Of a stretch of 64,000 nt of DNA, positions 52,640-64,000 are shown piece after piece (the first letter of the stretch is position 1; each line of letters opens with the position of its first letter). The translations under genes and the position numbers were made by a program. The notes below the pieces were generated by a model. It was given only the letters and a program-made list of their open reading frames with translations. It did no database searches and was not told the origin of the DNA. The stretch comes from Anthoceros angustus (taxonomy: Eukaryota > Plantae > Anthocerotophyta), in assembly GCA_010909165.1 (NCBI GenBank), contig MU008181.1, positions 682,001 to 746,000 of the forward strand, written 5' to 3'.

Positions 52640-53150
52640 TACATCACCACAACTTGCATCGGCCACCACCACCAATACAGGGACCACCTCCACAACACAT
52701 CCGGAGCCAACTGCCACCACCTCCAGTGCCACCACCTCAGGCCACCACCTCCGAGCCTCGCCACCACCTCCGGGCCTGCCACCACCTCAGCCACACCACC
52801 TCCGAGCCGCCACCACCTCCGAGCCACCACCGCCACCACCTCCGCCACCACCTCCGGATCCTGCCACCACCTCCGAGCCCGCCACCACCTCAGCCCCCAC
52901 CACTTTGAATCGTTACACCTCGCCGAGCTCCACCACCATCCGAGCCCGCCACCACATCTGAATGCGCGACCACAGCATCCGGAGCCCGACCACCACATCC
53001 AGAGCCCGAACACTGCATCCGGAGGTTGACCACAACATGTGGAGCCCTCCAACCATATCCGGAGCTCGACCACCAGATTCGTAGCCCGACCACCACAATC
53101 GGAGCCCGACCACCGCATCCACAGCTCGTCCACCGCATCCGCCACCCGCA
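52640..53150. repeat. C-rich short-period repeat array (ccaccacctccgagcc / cgaccaccacatccggagcc)
   Basis: Degenerate 16-21-bp units lying between two transposase coding blocks. Confidence 0.8.
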
Positions 53151-56100
53151 GACAACATCACCACAGCTCTAGCACGGCTACCACATGCCCACATCCCAAA
53201 CCTGCCCAACACAGCTTCAAACCGACGTACCACCGCCCGGTTCTCCACCGGCCATTGCAACCACGGATTCCCTAATATCTGCCTCCAACCTATAGCATCA
53301 CCTCATGGAGGCAAAAACCCACCTGGTCAGACCATCTCCAACAACCTACGTAGCACAATGGACTAAAAGGAAGGAAAAGCGCGGTTGAAGTGGCACTTCA
53401 ACGCGGCTGAGACTTGCACAAAGAAGGAACCCACATCCCAAGCAACGTGGAAAAAAATCACAACACACACGATGCGAATTAAATCTGCCATTGTAGGTCC
53501 ATACCCAGAAGCCTTAAGCTTCGAAGAAGGTGCACCCTCCCTCCCGGGCTGTAACCACTCGCGCCTTGCTGAGAACAGGAGCACGAACCAATCCGCAAGA
53601 ACATCCAGGAGCACGCACCACACAAATGGCCAGTTTCGAATGCAATCTGGAGGATGCCTAAGCGCTTCTAAACGAGCGGACATTTGACATAAGAACCAGC
53701 ATGGCATGAACACGGGACCGCTCCCATCAGACGTGCTCCTACAAAGACCACTTGCACCAGCATGCCCTTTCGAACCAAACAAGGTTCTTAGAAGACGACT
53801 AGGAAGAACATGAACCACCATATCGGCCCATCAAACTAAATTGAAGACCACAGTGCATCACGAGAGGTGTCGAGGAAGTGGATTATATGCTTGACATATG
53901 AGTTGGGACCGATGCATCCGCTTTGTGTCCTTGGTGTTTGAAGAAGGCCGAGATGCCACCTCCCAAAATTGCACTATGGTGGCCTTCACGATTCTGGAGA
54001 CAACGTCACTGTTCTCCTTCCACTCCCACACCAAAGTGTTTGCGAGCCTGCCTCTCACGACCATCCAACGCCCGCTTAATCGCTTTGGTGACACCAATGT
54101 GCTTTGCCGTGTTGGAACCAAGTTAAACCGGTCAATGTCGTTCGACAATATGAGGTTCCACAATGTATTCCGTGCTGCAAGTGATCGCCCACTTGTACAT
54201 CTCTTAGATTCCATAAGCCGTCCTCGGGTTACGCATTACAACGACAAACAAGTGCATCTTTGGCGTCGGAGGAGGTCCGAAAATCACGAAGGAGAGGAGC
54301 ACGATGAACCACTCCAAAATCTCGCGTCGACATGGACGAAAACTTGTCTCATCTTCAAAACTCTTACGCCAATGCCTTGGCCACTTGCCCTTCCTTCGTC
54401 TGCACTCCTCACTTCCCAAGGTAGTTGCTGACCCGTTGCATTACCGCCACACACGTACTCTGTGGAAGTTGAAGGAGGTGTTGGCACTTCCTCATTCCCT
54501 CTTCTCCAACAGGTGGTTCTTCGTGCCTCATCCCTGACTTGCCTCTCACGCGCCTCGTTTGTTGGCTGCCCAATATCGGTGGCTCGTGACCGCATATCGC
54601 TCCTTGCTCGCTTTGAAGTCCTTGTATACACCTTCCTCTCCGCTAGCACATTTGCTGTCCATGCACACCTCCAACGTACAGCGATCCGGGCGGGAAAAAC
54701 TTGCGCCCAACACGCAGCAACAAACCCCATCACCTAAACCTAATTCAAACGTCAACCTCCGTTGACTTTGTGATGATAACATGCTGCTGCAGTGGCGGCT
54801 GACAACTTAGCCACTACCACGTTTTTGACCACCAAAGCGTGCATACACCCTGGGAGACCTTAAAATTAAGGTAGACTACTCAGGGTTTATGTCAGCAAGA
54901 TTATTCGAGGTAAACATAAGTCAAATTTGAACTAACTTGTTTCATTTTTCATTTTGTAGCTACACACAGACAATTTTGAGGCAATAACAAAAAGTGAGGT
55001 AAAATATATATTTTCTGAAACTAATCCTACAATTAAATTTATTCTACCGAATTCATATCGATTGCAAAAAATCAAAAACTTGGACAATCTTTTAACTTTT
55101 CTTAAGCCTATTTCAGGGCCTCATCAAACAGCCCTTCACCGGATATTGGCAAAAAAAAAAAAAATGAAGCCAGAAATACTCATCAAAGTAATTTTTATTT
55201 TGCAGATTCAAAGATACATTTAAATTATTTATGAATTATTTTTACTTATTATTTAACTTATTGCGGACAATTGATTTTTTTAATTTGATACTTTAAAAAT
55301 AAATCAAAAAAACCCCGGGGGAGAAATCTTCAGCAAGGACAATTGATGACGAGCATTTTGGAATTAGCTCCACACATTTTGAAAATTTTGTAGTGAAAGG
55401 ATAAAACATTTTAGCCCATAACAGTAAACAGTAAAAGAATTTCTTCAGCGCCAAACTTGGACTTATAGTGAAAAACCAGCATTTACTGTAGAGAGAGATC
55501 AAATTCTGTATAGACCTGTTGCTGCTGGAGTAGCATGTCTATATAGGGCTCCTTATGTCGCCCTGCAGTCGAGAAGGGAGCGAGTCTAACCTCCTATCTC
55601 AAGCGACTTTATGCCACATGGGATCGCACCGACGGTGCTTTTACATGCCTCGCCTAACGGCTTTCGCAGATCAACGGACGCCCCTCGCCTGTAATACATA
55701 TATAATCGTAATAGACAACCGATCAATCGTGACAAAGTCTTGCCAAAACCCGAAACCCTTCACGCTTCAAACTCAAGATCGGACAAAGCCCATATACTGA
55801 ATTCGAAAATGCTCTTAGGATCTAGCATTCCAACCACCTTTTTGGCTTTGGAGTCTTCAGTCAATCAAAATTTCATTTCTATAAGTCATTTAAAAATTAA
55901 TACTTATCTATTGGAGGGGCTAATATATCTACTTTCTTGTGATTGTATATATTATATATACCTCCTCTGGTCTATGATTATTTTTCTAAAATTAAAATTC
56001 CAAAATGGTAAAAATCATATCGTTAAAATTCTTATCCTATCATTGATTTTATTCAAGGATAATGGAAAAGAAGACTTAATTATAAAAAAGAGATGGAAAA

Positions 56101-57075
56101 AACCATCCACCCCAAAACACAAAGGGGGAAAAACCCAACGAAGGACACATGCTAGGGGACTAGCCCCCACGATCATTCAAGGATACTAAATGTTAGATTT
56201 TAAATGGATAAGAAAAGTAAATACTTAAAATTAAACTTAAAAAAACTTAGAATAAAATAATAAACAATCTTAAATATATCTTCATTTCAAACATCTCATG
56301 TAATGAGGTTTGCGTAGTTTTTTAGGTTTATTTTCTAGAGGGTCTTAACTATGTGTCAAAAATTTCATATTTAAAATAAAACTAAAACAAAATCTCTAGA
56401 ACATGATATATACCATATCTTCAATGACATCATACGTGGGGATCTTCTTCTTATCAACCAAAATAAAGCAATCATTTAATGAATTATTGTGCTCAAAGAA
56501 TACCCATATATCTTATACCCATATGTTCCTGTGAAATAACTCATTTCGGATCCTTGTAGACAAATTGTCCACCCAAAGCAAGCCATCTGCCAAAAATGAC
56601 CAGACTCCATTCAAAAACTCCCCAAAAAACCAAACCCACCTAAACATTTTTGCTGATATAGACAAAAATACTTATTAGAACTGTATTCAATGGACCAAAT
56701 ATCGCACTATCAATATTGTTGAGTAGTGAGTAGGAAATAATGGTCTTCGTAAAAGAACAAAAGGTTTAAGAGAAATCAATGATTCACAATATGGCTAGCA
56801 GACTCTTTTTATACTCATAACAAGCCTTGACTTAGTTGTTTCCAAATTTGAAATTTGGAAACAAGCCTTGATTTAGTGCCTTAACTTGTCAAGCTTGGCC
56901 TTGACTTAGTACCTTAACAAGTGCCTTAACTTAGTTGTTTCCCAAGCTTGTTATGATTATTTCCTTACATTCATTGACGAGTGACGTCGGTACAGTATAG
57001 TTTTTCCAATTCGACACAAGAGTGAAGCCTTGTCCTGTTGTCAATAATATATGTTATACCTCAGCTCAACGACAC

Positions 57076-57375
57076 ATAGAAGCAAAGGTTCGTATCATTT
57101 GTACTAACAATAGAGGCGAGTATACGACCAAGGCCTTTGTATCTTTCTGTGTATATAAGGGGATCCAGCACCAGTTTACAGTAGTACTTACACACCTGCA
57201 CAAAATTGATTTGCTGAGAGGAAAAACAGGACATTGCAAGAAAGCCACTTTGGCCTCTCTAAATTTTGTTGGCCTAACTCGTGGTTGGTTACTGGGCAGA
57301 AGCGCTCGTGGTAGCACACTACTTTCAGAACGTCTTGCCACAAAGGAGGTAGGGACAGTGACTCCCTATAAGGGA
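57076..57375 (+). mobile_element. Ty1/copia integrase remnant
   Basis: KVRIICTNNRGEYTTKAFVSFCVYKGIQHQFTV, then after a frameshift YTPAQN*FAERKNRTLQE, YWAEALVVAHYFQNVLP and TPYK. This matches the copia rve core (RTDNGGEY…YTPQQNGVAERKNRTL). Confidence 0.85.
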
Positions 57376-57477
57376 GATGGATGAGCAACAAGCCAAGAGT
57401 GCACCATCTTCGTATTTTTGGCTACCTAGCATACGCTCTTGTTCCTTCAGCGCTCCGTTGCAAGCTGGATCCCAAGG

Positions 57478-58445
57478 CTACCCGCCACATCTTTGTCTTA
57501 CTCTGACGACATTAAAGGTTATGAGTGCTTCGATCCCTCTACTCGCTAGTTCACGGTAACTCATTTTGTCATCTTTAACGAAGCTGCCGTTCGTCAAAGT
57601 CACTATGCAGCTTTGCTTCCTACTGCTATGTATGGCTTTGGCTTCAGTAGCAAACTCGAGCGGGGGCGGTGGCAGGGGAGGCAACTGGACGGGCTCCGTG
57701 CCCTTGGATCCTCCGCGCGGCAGCATGGTGGTGGTCGGCGAGCAAGGTGCAACGGAAGCTAGGCTGGCAAGAACGCTGGAAGGCATTCAAAGCCGCACTG
57801 AGTGAGCACGAATGTAGAGGAGGGGGGACCCGAGATGATGGGAAGGCGAAGGGCAAAAAGAGGGCCACGCGGCCGTTGGGACCTGGGGTTACCAGAGGGG
57901 ATCGGGTCACCACATGCGTGGATATGCTCCGCATATTCCACTTTGACCCCAGTCACGGTGACTGGTGACTGGCCTGTGATCATGGGGATTGGCACCAAGC
58001 GTTGATCCAGTGTAAAAAATCGGGCAGCTTTGGGTAAGCGGGACGCCCGCGTTTTACCTCCGTGTTTGCAAGAAGGCCTCAGGCCGGGTGGTCCAGGTGG
58101 ATCTAGACGCATCTTTCCATGTTTCTGGATGTATACAGCACACGATCCATGGCACTAGTTTTTCTCATGTAAAATTCCACATTGCCACCAGGCCCTCAGC
58201 ATAGTTTGCTCAAGTGTCTCCTGGCTTGAAACCTCCCCAAAAGAATTCACGGTGCAAAAACGGTGGCCGAACGACTGAAATTGGGTCGGTTCGTCCTTCT
58301 GAGATTGGGTTGGTTCGTCCTTCTGAGGTTGTATAGCCTCTGGCACAACGGAGATATAGGAATCAAAATATGTACTCGATTGAAATATTATTTGAATAAT
58401 TATTTCGACGAAACTAACACTAGTGCTCTTAAATAACTCATCCAC
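57478..58445 (-). CDS. Putative multi-exon gene of unknown function downstream of ZOP1
   Basis: Candidate exons with canonical GT-AG sites join in phase: CHGSCAVYIQKHGKMRLDPPG…HG | GQSPVTVTGVKVEYAEHIHACGDPIPS | ASVAPCSPTTTMLPRGG…FVKDDKMSYRELASRGIEALITFNVVR…*. The 5' end is uncertain. Confidence 0.35.
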
Positions 58446-60340
58446 CTATGTATGCACAGGCATACAAGAATCCACCATGCAAGGCCCAAAATAAAAAGCA
58501 TTCAGCCTGTAAACTGTAAATAGGCACTTGCTGCGTTTGAGGTACAGGATATGCCTTCGAGTCCTGTAATCCTCAATCTTGTGTCGTTCAGTCTACTAGA
58601 CGAGCCTCATAACCGGCCATACCTGCTTCGACCGTGCTGTGCTGCAGAAGTTTCATTTGGTGGCGTTTGGCCCATTTTGACCTCTTCTCGGTCAGATGGT
58701 AACATTGAGACCAAGTCCTAGCATGGAGTCGAGAGATCCCCTCACCAGACAGACCTCACCTGCATTCGCGCTGCAGGCTGACTTTGCCCTCACGCTTTTC
58801 TCAGTGAGTCCTTGGCGGGAAATAGGGATTAAAGCTTAATAAGCTTGATACAATCCCAGCAAGGATTTTTCTCGCTCCTCTGTTCTTTTACGAGCAGCTT
58901 CTCTTGCAGCTAAGGCTGCCGCCTCCGCAGCAGCCTCCACAGGGGACACCCGGACCGGTTTGTTCTGCCGTTCGTCAAAGTCACTATGCAGCTTTGCTTC
59001 CTACTGCTATGTATGGCTTTGGCTTCAGTAGCAAACTCGAGCGGGGGCGGTGGCAGGAGGCAACTGGACGGGCTCCGTGCCCTTGGATCCTCCGCGCGGC
59101 AGCATGGTGGTGGTCGGCGAGCAAGGTGCAACGGAAGCTAGGCTGGCAAGAACGCTGGAAGGCATTCAAAGCCGCACTGAGTGAGCACGAATGTAGAGGA
59201 GGGGGACCCGAGATGATGGGAAGGCGAAGGGCAAAAGAGGCCACGCGGCCGTTGGGACCTGGGGTTACCAGAGGGGATCGGGTCACCACATGCGTGGATA
59301 TGCTCCGCATATTCCACTTTGACCCCAGTCACGGTGACTGGTGACTGGCCTGTGATCATGGGGATTGGCACCAAGCGTTGATCCAGTGTAAAAATCGGGC
59401 AGCTTTGGGTAAGCGGGACGCCCGCGTTTTACCTCCGTGTTTGCAAGAAGGCCTCAGGCCGGGTGGTCCAGGTGGATCTAGACGCATCTTTCCATGTTTC
59501 TGGATGTATACAGCACACGATCCATGGCACTAGTTTTTCTCATGTAAAATTCCACATTGCCACCAGGCCTCAGCATAGTTTGCTCAAGTGTCTCCTGGCT
59601 TGAAACCTCCCAAAAGAATTCACGGTGCAAAACGGTGGCCGAACGACTGAAATTGGGTCGGTTCGTCCTTCTGAGATTGGGTTCGTCCTTCTGAGGTTGT
59701 ATAGCCTCTGGCACAACGGAGATATAGGAATCAAAATATGTACTCGATTGAAATATTATTTGAATAATTATTTCGACGAAACTAACACTAGTGCTCTTAA
59801 ATAACTCATCCACCTATGTATGCACAGGCATACAAGAATCCACCATGCAAGGCCCAAAATAAAAAGCATTCAGCCTGTAAACTGTAAATAGGCACTTGCT
59901 GCGTTTGAGGTACAGGATATGCCTTCGGAGTCCTGTAATCCTCAATCTTGTGTCGTTCAGTCTACTAGACGAGCCTCATAACCGGCCATACCTGCTTCGA
60001 CCGTGCTGTGCTGCAGAAGTTTCATTTGGTGGCGTTTGGCCCATTTTGACCTCTTCTCGGTCAGATGGTAACATTGAGACCAAGTCCTAGCATGGAGTCG
60101 AGAGATCCCTCACCAGACAGACCTCACCTGCATTCGCGCTGCAGGCTGACTTTGCCCTCACGCTTTTCTCAGTGAGTCCTTGGCGGGAAATAGGGATTAA
60201 AGCTTAATAAGCTTGATACAATCCCAGCAAGGATTTTTCTCGCTCCTCTGTTCTTTTACGAGCAGCTTCTCTTGCAGCTAAGGCTGCCGCCTCCGCAGCA
60301 GCCTCCACAGGGGACACCCGGACCGGTTTGTTCTGCCGTT
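57584..60340. repeat. 1.38-kb tandem duplication covering the ZOP1 3' end and the downstream gene
   Basis: CTGCCGTT occurs at 57584, 58965 and 60333, giving units of 1381 and 1368 bp. ORF pairs are duplicated (58155-58445 and 59478-59813, etc.). Confidence 0.92.
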
Positions 60341-61834
60341 TCCTTTTCCCTAGTGCTACCGAGGATGCCACTCCTCGTGCTCCCCTTGCAGAAACTTGAC
60401 TGGAGTCCACCACAATGCTGGAGCTCGCTGCTTTCAACGCCGGCGCGCTTACAGTACATGCTTGCTTAGACACCTTCTTGGAGGAAGCAGGCGGGCGCAC
60501 TTTCTCTGCAACACTGACTGGATCTGCAGCTGCTGTTTTTCCGGGTGAGACAGCAAGCGCATCACGAGAGGCCTTGAGGGCTTCCTCTTGAGTGGTCCAC
60601 TTACCTGCATTCGGCGCAATCCCCACACTATCGTCAGGAGAATTAACCTCAGTTGCAACATACATTCCCAACACTGAATAGGATAGAGCGTACACTACCT
60701 AAAATCTCACTGTAGTACAGCTCTGTAACTGGGTCATAAAAATATCCAGTGGCAGAATTGTAGTGATATCCTGTTGTCGGATCGTATGTCCACTCTGCAA
60801 CAGCTCAAGAGCAATGAAAGCCATTGGTAAAGTTTTCAGATGAAGGGCACATAGAAGAGCTCACAAAACTGGTGGGATTCTTACCATTGGCATCTGCCTC
60901 CTGCTTCACAGGTTCTGGAGAAACGGGGGTGGATACACCTTTCCTCTCCGGAACAGGCGGCGAGCTTTCAGCTGCCAGAAGCTCCGGAGGTTTGCTGCCC
61001 GCATTCTTTATGGCTGCCAAATCTCTCTCATAGCTCTTCAACGCTTGCTGCAGCAAAACAAGCAACCCGTAAATTACACACACGGAAATGGGGCAGACGA
61101 AGAGGACCAGCACCAAACATAACTTAGCTGCCCATCCCAGTTCGATGTTACACGGGCACACCAATTTGCTTGCAGCTCAGCAAGTTGCACGCTCAAGTAC
61201 TGAACCACGGAAACCAGAGTTTAGGTTAGGCAACAAGTAGAAAGTTTAAAATCCATCCCTGAACGACAGGTTGAAGTTCAGAGATGGATTAAAAACTTCA
61301 GTAGGGTTCTCCCAATCTCAACTGATTTTTGTAGTGTGACCTCGATCTCGCTCGGGAAGAGGGGCCACATCTACGATACCCTCTGGGCTTGGACTAGGTT
61401 TGGGACAGCGGATGGAAAAGCCTATGGGGTGTGCAGCCTAGGAAAGAGCAGACGTGCCTCTCCACAGTCGGGTCACGCCTTCCACACCATTCCAAGCTAA
61501 AGACAGCAGAGGTGAGGAACAGCATCACTTACTGCTTCTATTCGAGTCAGATCCTTCAAAGCCTGCTGCTGCTCCTTCTCCTTGGCCGCAGCATCCTTGC
61601 GCATAGCCGCCACCCGCTTGGTGACATTGTCCTTGTGCCGTTGCCCGAACTCATGAGTGCGGATGTTTGCGGGGTTGTTGGCGATAAATATCTTGCAGTA
61701 GTCGCACCACTTGTTGCCCTGGCTCACCCAATACTGCAGAAAGAAAGCCACAACAAACTGTAAGCAGAGGTTTCCGGCAACCAAAGTTGTAGCCGCGGTG
61801 AGCTCATCTTGCACGAAAAAAAAACCTCTGTCAT
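60204..61834 (-). CDS. ZOP1: U1/matrin-type zinc-finger (and OCRE) splicing/RdDM protein ZOP1
   Basis: Exon 1 ATG ACA GAG (MTE), then YWVSQGNKWCDYCKIFIANNPANIRTHEFGQRHK…, ALKSYERDLA, GKWTTQEEA, and a C-terminus ALGKRKRQ…AALAAREAARKRTEEREKSLLGLY. Confidence 0.92.
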
Positions 61835-62052
61835 CTTCCTCCAGTCGGGCCAAGCCCCTGCACCAGAAGATCGCTGCTTCAACCGAGTACCCGCTCCATA
61901 AACCCCGCAACCCTACGGCTTCCCTTCCGCCTTGCTTTTCAACCTGTCGCAGCTGCTGGCTGTCGAATCATGCAGGTGACCGCATCTACAAAGCCTGCGT
62001 CTCGATTGGGATCAGATTGTGGTGCATCGGCCACAAATTCTGCAGCAGCTTT

Positions 62053-62133
62053 GCACGCGCCACGATTCAGCAGGTCCTAGCACGCGCCACGATTCAGCAG
62101 GTCCTAGCACGCGCCATGATTCAGCAGGTCCTA
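62053..62133. repeat. 27-bp tandem repeat x3 upstream of ZOP1
   Basis: gcacgcgccacgattcagcaggtccta starts at 62053, 62080 and 62107. Confidence 0.9.
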
Positions 62134-62157
62134 GTGGCCATCAGATACTGTTCCTCC

Positions 62158-62165
62158 AAACCCTA
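62158..62165. promoter_or_regulatory. Telo-box (AAACCCTA) in the ZOP1 upstream region
   Basis: Exact motif ~325 bp upstream of the ZOP1 ATG. Telo-boxes are typical of plant RNA-processing and translation gene promoters. Confidence 0.55.
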
Positions 62166-64000
62166 AACATTTTGTAGGTAGATATGTATCTGGATACGTA
62201 TAGCCTAAAGTTTTCAAACTACCTAGCTACATATACTCATACTTCCGTCTTAGCTGCTACCAATATTGTGTTATCCAAAACCTAATTTAAGGAAGCCGAA
62301 ATGCTTATGTTTGAGCATGGATTGAATTGATGTGTTACGTTGGATACGATAGTCTGCCTTTGCCTGGATTGTCATCAAGGAATGTCTTACTCAAGGAATT
62401 TCTCTGCAACGCAAACTTTGCCATCGTGTGTCCTTAGGCTGACAACTTCAGAAGGCAGGGTAGGCAATTTCGGAGATTTTTCTGCTCAAATATTCATTGT
62501 ATTTTTTCGGAGGGCAGGTTAATTTTTTGCATTGTTCTGCTAACACATCATTACGAACGTGTCATCTCCTTCAAAATGATGTAGGCCACTTACGGTTCTG
62601 ATGTGTGTGTATTCTTGCACTAAAATCCATGTAATTTTCCCCAGCCTCGTTTCTTGGTTTTCGAGTGGAATCTTTTGTTGGATGCTACAGTCCACGCTTC
62701 CTTGAGCAAACATATCCATGGACTCCCTACACTACCCCCAAGGCGTGTGTAAAAAAATCAAGTAAAAAAGTTACTTTTAATTGCCAAAGAATTTTCAAGG
62801 AGACAAAAAACCTTGCAAGGGCCCTAACTATGGTTACATGAAAAAAATTGGAGAGAATCAAGGACTTGTTCAAAGGATTTTGTGCATTGATAAAACGTAA
62901 TATGAAAAATTCTGAAGAGAATCAAGGACTTATTCAAAGGATCTTGTACATTGATAAAACGTAATAGGAAGTAGATAATATTTATATGAAGTAGGTGGTT
63001 ATAGGTTGTTGTAATCAAATAACCAATTAAATAACTAATGAAACTAATTCTAGTCCTAAGAATTAAATAACATTAATTTTATAAAATCTGTCATAATATA
63101 TCAATAAGTGCATAGATGCATTGTGGCACCACAATATGACATTGTGGGTGCAGTTGGTCATTTTAGGTAGGGAGCTCAGTTGCTCCTCTTCACTCCGACC
63201 CCCGGGTCCCCATTTGTTGTCCCCTCCTAGATGGTCTCTTTCCATCGTTCTTTCACCTCAATAAATCATCCGTCTTAGATGCATTGTTAGAAAAGAAATC
63301 AAATAGCCAATTAAATAACTAATGAAACTACTTTTAGCCCTAAGAATTAAATAATATTAATCATAAGGATTAAAAGGTGCCATAATTAATAGTCCCCTAA
63401 TATATCAAATATTTCATCACTCTCACTCACTATGAAGTAGGGGTGAAAATTAGCAACCTAAATAGCTAAACAACATAGCTTAACTCCCACTGAATGAAAA
63501 CTAGGTGCCTAAAAATTTAATTCAAGTTCAAGTCCATAAATGAGCAGATTAAGTAAATAAGGAAAAACATGTCTAAATAGCATAATAAGAAAATATTGAA
63601 ATATGAAAAATGCATGAAGCCTAAATACATATATTCGAAAATATCAGCCACATGAATAAAGGGATAATGGTGTATCCCCTGCCATCCAAAAACGGGTGTG
63701 CAAGAACACATCGCTATCCACCTCTCCGATGCTCGCAGGCCGAGCCACCGAAATATATGCTCAAGGTTGGTAAGTTCAAAATATGAGTTAAAAAAAATGT
63801 ATGGAGTGATATGTATGATCAAAGACTCGTTTTGACTAGATTCGGTATTCTGAGGCCATAGCAACCTATTAAGGCCATAACAGCCTAGAGTAGGTTGTGG
63901 AAGCCTGTAGTGTGACCTTGGAAGAGAGCTCTTTAAGGTGACAAATTGCGAGGAAGACACTACTAGAAACATAGGGGGTTTGTTACGCTATTTTGTTGCA

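Larger units (their letters stand above)
50160..54733 (-). mobile_element. Fragmented DNA-transposon DDD transposase, Sola2-like
   Basis: Pieces in order: SDVVSRIVKATIVQFWEVASRPSSNTKD; PEIQVG…IKPYF…CRYHVEMAFLKDAFNAL; ACLQGRCPRCG; VVSIMD; WCWSDGAASRLK; WSYFGSGHGKGEHDGAGAILKRAL; CDPIPGSKKMHSI. Frameshifts, stops and insertions are present. Confidence 0.75.

Noticed and set aside
40860-55520. ggtcta… at ~40865 and …tagacc at ~55515 as terminal inverted repeats of the Sola-like element
   Set aside because: Complementarity breaks down after ~6 bp, so they cannot be supported as TIRs.
62820-64000. AT-rich ORFs and small local duplications as a LINE or gene
   Set aside because: No RT or endonuclease motif; only short direct repeats (62853-62965, 63016/63300).

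Overview
Eukaryotic nuclear DNA from a compact-genome, non-seed land plant. Short GT-AG introns (~70-100 nt), very tight gene spacing and a CAH3-type carbonic anhydrase suggest a hornwort or lycophyte; this is inference, not verified. 1-35.2 kb is gene-dense: PHL/SPT20-like (-), COX19 (+), NRPB6 (+), an orphan ORF broken by one in-frame TGA (-), a divergent intronless AT-rich histone H2B (-), an alpha-carbonic anhydrase matching the algal thylakoid-lumen CAH3 type (+), ATG11 (+), an EamA/DMT transporter (-), an RNF10-like RING E3 (+), a PUB4-like U-box/ARM E3 (-) and RPL23A (-). About 35.3-57.4 kb is a decayed transposon and repeat tract with a fragmented Sola2-like DDD transposase, a copia integrase remnant, minisatellites and several 0.2-0.85 kb tandem duplications or triplications. 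At 57.6-61.8 kb lies ZOP1 (-), whose 3' end is caught in a 1.38-kb tandem duplication with an 8-bp microhomology junction. No tRNA, rRNA or CRISPR array was recognised. Best leads: the CAH3-like gene (possible pyrenoid-type CO2-concentrating component), the Sola2-like element in a plant, the H2B variant, an inverted copy of a COX19 fragment, and the microhomology-bounded duplications (possibly partly long-read assembly artefacts). Exon structures were read by eye, and family calls rest on motifs recalled from memory with no database search.
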